The translations under genes and the position numbers were made by a program. A stretch of DNA of 64,000 nt from Hyaloraphidium curvatum SAG 235-1 (Eukaryota > Fungi > Monoblepharomycota), in contig JAIVFI010000009.1 of the NCBI GenBank assembly GCA_025558095.1, forward strand, positions 372,001-436,000, in the 5' to 3' direction. The notes under the pieces were generated by a model that did not search any database, was not told the DNA's origin, and saw only the letters and a program-made list of their open reading frames with translations. Every line of letters starts with the position of its first letter. Position 1 is the stretch's first letter. This document shows, one piece after another, positions 23,682 through 34,774 of this stretch.

Positions 23682-24290
23682 GCGTGTATGCAGCTCAACG
23701 ATTGTTTAGTTACCACCATGATGCAGCGCTGTCCTTGGCCTTTCCCCATTTCTCCGCGTGTCCGTTGACGGCTCCGCCGCCTCCGCCCGTGAACCGCGGC
23801 TTTCCGATGTCGAAACCATCGGTACTTGATCATGTGCCCGCCATCGTCGTCGATACCGGCCTCAAATGCGCCGACAGCCATTGGCTTCGAGACTTTTCGC
23901 ACAGCGTCATCCATCACATCGGCCTCCAACTTACAACCGCGGCCACTATGTCGCCGACATCCGCGATCGAAAACCTTGGCGATGGTAGACATTCAACGAC
24001 GACATGATGAGCACGCTGAGGTCGCGCTCCGACAAAAGCAGGGGAGGGGAGGAGGGGGGCCGGGGGGTGTCTACGTTCTCGCTTTCCAATGGACTTACTG
24101 AGCGTGTATGCAGCTCAACGATTGTTTAGTTACCACCATGACGCAGCAGCGGGTATACAGCCATGGCCACACGGCTCCTAGTCCTTGGCCTTCCCCCCTT
24201 TCCCCGCGTGTCCGTTGGCGGCTCCGCCACCTCCGCCCGTGAACCGCGGCTTTCCGAGGTCAAATGGAATGTATCGATACCGAATCATAT
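23417..24290. repeat. Imperfect tandem duplication (~420-450 bp unit) of the USP/RER1 convergent 3' junction
   Basis: Both copies start cccgccatcgtcgtcgataccggc (23417 and 23837) and share actgagcgtgtatgcagctcaacgattgtttagttaccaccatga and ccgcccgtgaaccgcggctttccga. Confidence 0.92.
23730..24101. pseudogene. Degenerate duplicate fragments: RER1 3' end (23730-23836, minus) and frameshifted USP His-box exon (23837-24101, plus)
   Basis: Indels relative to the intact copies, e.g. ggcctccaacttacaaccg vs ggctccagctacaaccg; the RER1 stop-codon region is deleted in copy 1. Confidence 0.7.
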
Positions 24291-25239
24291 GCTTGAGCTG
24301 CCGTTTCATCGTGACGTAGAACAGGATGCAGAAGTACAGGACGAGGATCGGCCAAAACACTGGCACGTCGAACACTGGGGGAGCAAAGATTAGTCTCCGC
24401 GGAGTTCACCACACGCCGTGAGTGCCACGCACCGCTGAAGAAGGTGCAGAAAAAGGCAACGAGCACCGCCCGGACGCAGTTGTACCAGTACTTGAACTCC
24501 GGTAGCCGCCGAATGAAGGGCTTGAACTCCTCGCCCGCCTTCATGGGCAGGATGCCCGACGCTCCTTTCCGCGACGGCCCAGCTCCAGGCAGCGACTCGC
24601 CCGAGTCGTCATCGTCCCCTCCCCCAGCGCTGGTGTCCAGCTCGTAAGCGGGGTCGATTTTCGGCGAGAGGAACGCAAGCGTCTGGTTGAGGATGAAAAT
24701 CCCTGGCGGACCGGCTCGGGTTAGGAGACGGCGAAGATGCGAGAGGGTCGCCGCACCCATGGCGTAGGTCACTGGTGGGGAACCCGTGAGCCGAGCCACT
24801 GCGCGGACAAGCAGGCGCGCCTACCTATGTACCACCCCTTTATGAGGAACACCCGGAGGAAGTAGAGCGCCAGGATAACGCCGAATGCGATCCAGCGGCC
24901 CATCCAGTAGGGCGTAACGTCGTCCAGGAACTTTTGGAGCCTCTGTCCGCGGTAGGAGCGCCAACATGGCACCGCCGGTTAACCACTGTGAATGAAGTTC
25001 CACGAGCCGAGCCTTCCGCGTCCCGACGCCGCGACTGCCGTCAAGTGCGGGTCGACGCGGGGCCTTCCGCGTCCCGAGCCGGCGGCTGCCGCTGAGCGCG
25101 GGCCGACGCGTGCCGATGTTGACGGGTGCTTCCTCCTCCACCGCCGCCGCGAGCGGACATTTACCATGTTGAATGCCAGTCGGAGCTTTGCCCCGGGAGA
25201 AGGCGGACCGCCCCCGCCGAGGGGATCCGAAGCCATCAT
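24178..25239 (-). CDS. RER1: ER retrieval receptor Rer1, multi-exon
   Basis: EEFKPFIRRLPEFKYW and FDVPVFWPILVLYFCILFYVTMKRQLKHMIRYRYIPFDLGK; start inferred. Confidence 0.93.
25011..25112. repeat. Two imperfect ~51-bp tandem copies in RER1 intron 1
   Basis: gccttccgcgtcccga at 25011 and 25062, each followed by ctgccg...gcggg.cgacgcg. Confidence 0.7.
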
Positions 25240-25398
25240 CTTGGTCAAGCGGAGAAGGCGTTTGGAGGGCGGCGAGCACCCATACGGGCGCGGGGCCGAC
25301 CCAGCCACCAACAGTAGTCCCCACTCGAGCAAAGCTCTCTGGCCAATTCTCCGGCCGGGAGAGCACCTCGGGGGAATCCAGCAGGGATCTTCGTTCCA

Positions 25399-27922
25399 AT
25401 GTCTTCGGCAAGGAAGAAGGCGGTGGTCCAGGGGGACGCGGGCAAGGCAAAGACCAGGGCTTCGCACCAGCAGTTGGCCCCGTCGACGGAAAAGGTACGC
25501 CCACGTGCGAGACGCCAACTCGCGGCAGAGACTAACTGATCTCGTCAGAGACGCGTCCCTCCGGGCCAATGGCAGCTTTCCGACAAGGTGGGACCGACCG
25601 GGCACTGGGCCACGGCCGATGCCTCCAACAGCCCAACCCCGTGCAGGAACTGGATGAGGACGTGACCTGCATTCTGAACGCGGACAAGCCGAAGCTGGCG
25701 AGCTGCATGGTGCAGTTTAACCACCTGGAGCGCGTCTTCCGGCCCGTTCCGAGGGCGGAGAATGATCATGGCGAGGTCCACTTCCTGCTGGAAAGGTGCC
25801 CCCGGTCGCGGCTATCCTCCACAAGCGGCTCAGACTATCCCCAGCTACGTAGATTTCTTGGAAGGCCACGCTTCAGCGCCAACTGCAGCTGCAGTCCCGG
25901 TGGTGGAGGGCACGGCCGTCGAGGCGTCGGAGGCCAACACTGAGTCCGAGGGAGGGCGGGCCGACGGCCACGTCCGCCGCGGCAACGAGCACAACTACTT
26001 CAACTTCACCGATCGAGCGGCGCAGACTTTGCACTACGGCACGCGGGTACGCAGCAAGCTTGACCGCAAGATCGCGTCGTTCACGGGTCCCCGCCTGACA
26101 GGATCGTTTCTGCCTCACCGACGCCGTTGAGCTGTGCGAATTCGGGTCCTCGGCCAACCAATGGATCATCCACGACGCATACGAAGGGGAATTGCTAGCA
26201 AAGGAGAAGCAGGCGAAGGAGCGGGACAGGGGAAGGGTGAGCTCTCCCGCCGGACGAGCATCCGACGGTCCTCAGAACCGTTGCAATACTTCAGGTGGCT
26301 GGCAACTCTGCGTCCGATGCCTCATCGCGGCCACAAACAGCAGTCTCCGAGGACGCTCAGCACAGCGGATCCTTGCAGGCTGCGCTCCCGAAGTTCAAAA
26401 TCTTGGAACGCATGGTGAACCAGCCGCTCCACGGCGACATCGACTTCGACTTCCGATACTGGCAGACGCCGCTTCCTTCGGACCCGAATTTGAAAGGTGG
26501 GCTTGTCCTTGTCCGCCGGGCTGCCAACGACGGCCGACCCGGTGCAGATCTCGGTCTTCTCCCGCTGTGGAAGTTCCGAAGCGCGGCCCAGGTTCCGAAC
26601 CAACCCGTCACTGCCGTGTGCTGGAGTTCCAAGTATCCGGACCTGCTGGCAATTGGTTACGGTTCCTTCGATTACCTCGCTCCAACTGCGGGGAAGGCGG
26701 CTTGCTACTCGCTCAAGAACGCCACGAATCCCGAGTACGCTTTCGACGTGCCCAAGGGGGTGACTTCCGTGGCGCTGCACAAAACCGTGGGCAATTCGAA
26801 TGCGGCTCGCCGTGTGTCGGAGCGTCTGAGTGATTCGTTAGCACTCGCATCTCCTCGCTGTCGGTTCATCGGACGGCTCGATCGCCGTGTTTGACATGAG
26901 AGCTCCGCGGGATCCTCCCCTGTGCAGCGCCGATGTGGGCAAGGACAAGACTGTGCATGTGTCCGTTGCACAGGTGAATCGTTGCGAGCCATTGGCCACG
27001 GTGGGTGTGCTAATGGCTTTGACAGGTCCGCTGGCATCCCAAAGACACCCTCACTGGGGAGCCCCGGCTCTACTCGGCCTCGAACAACGGCACCATCCAG
27101 CTCTGGAATCTCACCCGCAACGGCCTTGTCGAGGAAGTGGGTGGCCGCTCAAGCTTGGTTTCGGCCGAGCTGACGTCCTTAACCCAGCATGTCATCGCGC
27201 TGTTCCACGGCACCGCGGACGACGGCAGGCCCACCACGACGGCCACCCAGGGATCGGACATTCACTCCAGCAAAGCCGCCGTCGGCGATGCCGTTCGTTC
27301 CGCAATGACCAGCTGCCTCGATTTGCGGCCGCAGAACAACAGGATCTTCCTCGTGGGAACCGAGGAAGGCTCGATCATCCGTTGCGACCGCGGCTACAAT
27401 AGTCAGCAGCTGGGAACCGTCGAAGCCCACCATCTCGCGGTGAATGCAGTGCACTTCAACCAGCGATGCCCCGTTCTGTTTGCCTCGGCTGGATCCGATT
27501 GGAAGGTTAAGATCTGGAAGGAGGGCGCATCCAAACCATTGCTGGCTTTCGATCTTGGCAGCCCCGTCCTGGACGTCGCCTGGTCGCCGCATCGCGCTTC
27601 GATCCTAGCAGCAGTGACAGGTTCGGGCAAAGTGAGTGCTCAGCCTCGCACCCCCCGAGCCACGCCGATGACGCTCCCAAAGCTCTGCATTTTCGACTTA
27701 CTATCTCGGACAGACAGACCCGTCCTCGAGCAGCAGGTGATCCGAAAGAACCAGCTCACCAAGGTCGCCTTCAATCCGGCTTCCTCGGTTCTCGCCCTAG
27801 GCGACGGACGCGGGCTTGTGTTCACCTTCAAGCTCCCGAACCACCTGCATGAATTTCCCCCGGGGATGGATGCGGACAATGAGTGCGTGCAGATGCTGAA
27901 ATCGTTGCATGTATCGTCGTGA
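25399..27922 (+). CDS. DNAI1: Axonemal outer-arm dynein intermediate chain 1 (WD40), multi-exon
   Basis: PPGQWQLSDKELDEDVTCIL, NYFNFTDRAAQT, ANQWIIHDAY, KILERMVNQ..DFRYW, LLPLWKF, FLVGTEEG and VLDVAWSP match DNAI1/IC78 by eye. Confidence 0.85.
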
Positions 27923-28036
27923 TGCAATTTGGTTCTTGTCCGCATTTTGCAGCCTTGGACTCCGTCCTCCGGCCGAGTGACTAGAGCGTTTTGATCAGTC
28001 AGGCAGTTGGTCCTTCTCGACAACACCTCCCGCGAA

Positions 28037-28558
28037 ATGAGCTCCTTGGAAGAAGAGGCGCGGAAGCGCAAAGGTCCAGAGCAGCGCCATTCTCTCGTCT
28101 GCAACGCTCATCCCTGGCGCTCCCCTCCAGAGCGGCTGGCCAAGCTGCGGGCGTCGCTGAAGCCGGACGACAATGCTGCCTCGCCCAGCGCGCCGGAAGT
28201 CCCGCCTCCGGCACCAGAGGATGGAGAGCCGGAGGAAAACTCGAGGAAACGGGCTGCATCGCCCGATGTTGTGCGGACACTGGAGGCCGAGGTGGAATCT
28301 TTCGCGAAGGAGGCCCTGGACAAGGACACGGGCAAGAAAACCGAAGTGGATCTCCTGGACTTGGCGCCTCGGAAGCCCAATTGGGATTTGAAGCGCGATT
28401 TGGACCGGAAGCTTGCCAAACTGGAGCGCCGGACGGATCTAGCCATAGCGGAGCTGATACGCGATCGGTTGAAGCAGGACGGGAACGCGACCAGCAACAA
28501 CGCAGCGAGCTACGAAGCCCTGGATAGGCTGGAGCGGCAGGATGAGGAAGATGACTGA
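28037..28558 (+). CDS. Splicing factor Cwf18/CCDC12
   Basis: MSSLEEEARKRK..ERLAKLR and LAPRKPNWDLKRDLDRKLAKLERRTDLAIAELIRDRL. Confidence 0.9.
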   Translation: MSSLEEEARKRKGPEQRHSLVCNAHPWRSPPERLAKLRASLKPDDNAASPSAPEVPPPAPEDGEPEENSRKRAASPDVVRTLEAEVESFAKEALDKDTGKKTEVDLLDLAPRKPNWDLKRDLDRKLAKLERRTDLAIAELIRDRLKQDGNATSNNAASYEALDRLERQDEEDD

Positions 28559-28594
28559 TCGCTCGGACACCATGGTATCGTCAACACAGGCCTA

Positions 28595-28600
28595 TGTACA
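28595..28600. terminator. Palindromic TGTACA in the 62-bp Cwf18/ADE4 convergent gap; candidate 3'-end signal
   Basis: cctaTGTACAcg; reads TGTACATA on the ADE4 strand. Confidence 0.45.
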
Positions 28601-28620
28601 CGACTCAGCTCTCGAACACG

Positions 28621-30576
28621 TCAACTCTTCACGCCGTTCTGCTCCATGTTGTGGAGCCCCACGATCCGCTCGACGGAGTTGCGGTGCTCCCGTTTCGATT
28701 TTGCGCTGTCCTTTCTCAAAGCCTCCAGCTCGCGGAGGTACTGCGCAGTAATGTCCCCCGTGACGTAGCACGAGTTGAAAACCGAGCACTCGAAGTTCGT
28801 AATGGAGGGGTTGAATTCCGAGCACGCGCTGATCAGGTCGTCGAGCCGCTGGAAAATGACCGAGTCCGCCCCAATCTCCTGGGCAATCTCGTCCTCCGTC
28901 CGATTGTGCGCAACAAGTTCGGCCGACGTGGGCATATCGATCCCATACACGTTTGGGTATCTGCCGAGGAAGCGGGGTTAGAGCGGATCCGGAAGCGGTT
29001 CTTTTATGACAGAGAGAGGCAGCTACCTGATGGGCGGCGCACAGGAGGCAAAGTAGACCTTCCGGGCGCCGACTTCGCGGGCCATGGAAACGATCTCGCG
29101 GGATGTCGTGCCACGCACGATCGAATCTAAAGGCACAGGCGTCGGCGAGGCACGAGGGGGTAACGCTCCGGGGAACCCACCATCAACGATCAGGACGTTC
29201 TTGTCCTTGAACTCCAGGGCCATTGGGTTCAGCTTCCGGCGCACGTTCTGCCTCCTCATGTTCTGACCGGGCATGATGAAGGTCCGTCCGACGTAGCGGT
29301 TCTTGATGAAGCCCTCCCGGTACGGAATCCCGAGCTTGTGCGCCATTTGCAACGCGGCCGTCCTCGAGGTATCTGGCACCGGGATCACGACGTCGAGGGT
29401 CTTGATCACGTCGTGTCCCAGGAGACGTATCATTTCCTCGGCCAGCTTCTCTCCCATCATCAATCGCGACTTGTACACCGAGATCCTGTCCATGATGCTG
29501 TCCGGACGAGCAAAGTACACGTACTCGAAAATGCAAGGGGTAAACTCGCGGGGCGGGACGACCTGACGGACGATCGGCGTGGAGTTTTCGCGCGGGATGA
29601 TGATCACTTCCCCTGAACCCGAAATGAGAGTTTGGAAAGGGCAGGAAAAGAGGGACGACGTACCGGGGTTCACGTCCACGAAGCTGCGGAATCCGAGCAC
29701 ATCCAGGGCCACGCTTTCGGAAGCGAACATCCAGTCGTCTCCCAAAGGAGTCGATCTGCTGCCGTAAACGAGCGGCCGGATGCCGTTCGGATCCCGGAAT
29801 CCCACCAGACCGAAACCTTGGCCGGATGTCAGCGACGCTGAACGCGAATCGCCCGGGAAGTACACACCTGCGACCATGAAAACGCAAGCATAGGCTCCGC
29901 GGCAACGTTTCATGACGCCCGCCGCCGCGCTAAAGATGTCCTCCTCAGTGATCCGAATCTTGTCCGTCTTTTGAAGCTCATCGGCCAGAATGTTCAGCAG
30001 AAGCTCGGAATCCGAGTCCGTGTTGATGTGGCGGTGGGCGTCAATGTCCAGAAACTCCCGAATCTCGGAGTCGTTGGTGAGGTTGCCGTTCTAGACACCG
30101 AGCCCTGTGAGCGCCGCATCTGAAGCGCCGGCACGCCACTCACGTGGGCGATGACAAGACCATAGGGGCTGTTTACGTAGAACGGCTGTGCTTCGCTCGA
30201 CGAGGAGGTTCCAGCCGTCGGGTACCGCACTGCGGGAAAACCCGGTGAGCTGCTGGTGCCGAACGGCGGCGAGCCGAGTTACCATGCCCAATCCCCATGT
30301 AGCCCTTCAGATTTTCGAGCTTGGAGCTGTCAAAGACGTCGCGGACCATTCCGTTGCCCTTGCATTGGAAGAGCCGGCCCTTGTGGCCGCAGGTAACGAT
30401 GCCGGCCGCATCCTGAGATCAGGCGGCCGCCGATTAGGCAAACGGCTCCAGTGGGCCAGCAAATGCTGTCAGATGGTCACCTGGCCGCGGTGCTGGAGGA
30501 TGTTGAGGGATTCATAGAGCTCCGAGACCGCATTGCCTCCTTTGTCCGCGAGGAGAAGAGCGGAGATGCCGCACAT
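28621..30576 (-). CDS. ADE4: Amidophosphoribosyltransferase, multi-exon
   Basis: MCGI N-terminal nucleophile, LQHRGQ|[36 protein letters not shown] and VD|DSIVRGTTS. Confidence 0.97.
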
Positions 30577-30833
30577 CGGTCCCGAGGGGCACGGAGTGCC
30601 GATGCGGCGCTTGTAGCGCTATTGAAAGCGACAAGCTGCCCGCCCGGTAGCCGTCGTTGCCGCCAGACGCTCCACAGCGGTTCGGCGGGGAAGGTAAAGG
30701 AAAGACACCATCCGCCCGGCGCGCGCGCGCGCGGGCAGTGGCAAGCCGCAACTTCTCCAGGCCTCTGTCTATTGCTGGATTGCCTAGCCGCGCCGGAATC
30801 CCACAGCTTATTCGCGCGAATCACAGAGGCACG

Positions 30834-31978
<1,145 letters not shown>

Positions 31979-32115
31979 GATAGAAGAGGGTGCTCCTGCC
32001 TCGGATGTTGCTTGGCGAAAAAAATCATTGTTGGCCCTCGAGGCGCGTGGTGCAGGGGAGATTGATCTGTCGGGCAATCACCCTCACTCAAGCGTTTCGT
32101 CCACTGCGTGCGACA

Positions 32116-34769
32116 ATGATTATCGACGACGCCGAGGTCGAACCCCTCAAGGGCTACCTCAAGGCGGAGCTCGAACCGATGTAAGTGGCCGCACGCTCTC
32201 CGCGGGCGCTCTCTGACCCGGTGGTCGCGCGTTTGTCGGGACACGTCGGCCCTCTCCCTGCGCCGGCACGCCTCCCGCAGATGCGATGCGGAACCGTCCG
32301 TGCTGGCGGAGTACGTCATTGCGTTGCTGAAGCATGACAAGTCGTTGGCGGACCTGAAGGAGCTGTGCCTGAGCCAGCTCGTGGATTTCCTGAAGGACCA
32401 GACCGCGCCCTTTGTCGATGCCCTCTTCGCGGCCGTCGCCTCCAAATCGTACTTGGCGGCCGCGCCCGCCGCGGCGCAGGGCGGTGCCCGCGACGCGGAG
32501 GCGTCTGCGCCGGAGCCCAAGTCGCGCCGTGGTTTCGAGTCGGACCACGAGGACGACGACGACGACCGCAACTTCAAGCACCGCCGCTCGCGGCCGGACG
32601 TGGCGATGGACGTCGGAGACGGTCCGGCGGCGGATGCGGGTGGCGGGAACGCCATCGAAACCTACGAGGGCGGGCACACGACCAACGGGTACCAGAAGCG
32701 CCGCCGGGACGACGCGTGGGACGATGGGCGGCCGTCGAAGGCGATGAGGGGAGGACCCCGCGGCGGCTTTGGGGGCCCCGGCATGCCACCCTTCGATCGG
32801 CGCAGGCCGGGGGACTGGGGAGGGCCGATGGGCCCTTACGATGGACCCCCTCCGTTCTACGGACGCGGCGGAGATCGCGGCTTCCGGGGCGGCAGAGGTT
32901 TCCGCGGCGGGCCGCCGGGCCCTATGCCCTACGGACCATCGGAGATACGTGGTCCGCCTGGACGGCGCGCGAGATGCTTCGACTACGACGGTACGGAACC
33001 GCCTCAGAAGCTGATCCCGGCCACACGCTTACCGTATCCTGAAACAGAGAAAGGATACTGTCTTCGAGGAGATCTGTGCCCCTACGATCACGGCGAGGAT
33101 AGGATCGTCTTGGAGCCGGGCGCGGGTGGCCCGGACATGATGCCTGGCCGCGGAATGCCGGGCGGTGAGCGCCGTGGGTCTCGTCCATGCTAGCCTTTCT
33201 CCCGCGAGGTCCTAACCTCTTGTTGGTTTCTTTAAGGCTCTGATGCGGTGTCGCTCACGACGCGCGATGGAGATACCGGTGGCCCTTCTCCCTCAAACTC
33301 TTGGGGAGGGCCCAAACCTGACGGGGATCAGGAAATGGCCGACGCCTCTGCGGATACCTTCTCATCTCCGCGGACGTCGTTGCGTGGTCGCGGTGGTTTC
33401 GGCGGCCGCGGGGGAAGGGGAAGCATGGGATCGCGGACTCCCGGGCAACCGAGGTCCAACACCACGCTCGTGATCGAAAAGATCCCGGACGAGTTTTGCT
33501 CCCTGGACAAGGTCAACGAGTTCTTCAAGAAGTTCGGGACCATCACGAACATCCAGGTCGAGAGGCACATGTCGAAAGCGACCGTGCAGTTCTCCAACCC
33601 GTACGAAGCCAAGCGAGCGTACAACTCCCCGGATGCCGTGTTTGGGAACCGCTTCGTCAAGGTCTACTACATGGCCTTGGAGCAGCCCGGCGCCGGACCG
33701 GCTGGGCCGACCCGGGTTCCGGGTGGACCGCCGGGCGCGGCTGCGTCTGTGGAAGCAACGCCGTCCGAGCCGCCCAAGCCTACTCTGACCCCAGAGGAGC
33801 AGAAGGCACGGGAGGCGAAGCTCAAGGAGATCCTCGAGCAGGAGGAGAAGGTCAAGAAGGAGCAATTGCAGGCCAAGATCCTTCTGGCCAAGCTCCAGGC
33901 CAAGGAAGCGCTGGCGGCAAAGGCGGCCGAGGGCTCGCCGAAATCCATCAAGGCTTTGCTGGAGGAGAAGGAGAAGGAGCGCCTCGACCGGGACTTGGAA
34001 ATGATGGCTGGCGGGGGCGAGCAGGAACCGCTGAAGGAGCTCCTGCAATCGAAGGTCGCGGAACTCCAGGCTGAAGTGGGTTTGCCGGAGCTCTTTTCGG
34101 AAGCCATGTCCTAACTCTGTTGCAGGCGAAAGCCCTCGGCGTAACCCCGGCTTCCTCCACACCGCAGTTTGGTCGCGGAGGATTCTCGTCGCGCCCTTCT
34201 AGAGGATCCTCGAGGGGCGCATGGCGCGGGCGGGGCCGCGGAGCCATTGCCAACACCTTGGCATCCATGCGGCTCGACCTGCGGCCGCGGAAGCTTCTCG
34301 TGACGGGCTTCACTCCGACATCACGTGTTGGGCTGCGGCCCCATTTCGAGGTCAACCGAATGGCGTTAGCACAGGTCTCGAGTTACTAACCGTCCCGACC
34401 CCCAGACCTTCGGCACGGTGGAATCCGTCGTTTTCAGTGACGACAACTTGGCAGCCATCGTGGAGTTCAAGACCCGGCAGGAAGCCGAGATGGTGGGTCT
34501 TCCGACTGCCGTGCGGCTGAGCTCGTCTCTGATCTTTTGGGAAGGCTTTCGCAAAGGCCGCGAAAATGGCGGACGAGGAGCAGAAGCTTTCATTCGCCTG
34601 GCACACCGAGAACGCCAGCTCCGGAATGAAGGCGGATGAAGCCTCCCCCGGTGGGGATGGCTCCATGCGGGAGGATGATGGAGGGGACATGCAGATCGTA
34701 TCTTCGGACGGCGTGGACCTGTACGATGAGGAGGAGGACGATCCGGACCGGAGGTGGCGGCGCGGTTGA
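32116..34769 (+). CDS. RBM26/RBM27-like RNA-binding protein (PWI, CCCH, RRM), multi-exon
   Basis: [19 protein letters not shown] (PWI), RCFDYD|[16 protein letters not shown] (CCCH) and [13 protein letters not shown]...[10 protein letters not shown] (RRM). Confidence 0.9.
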
Positions 34770-34774
34770 GGGCA

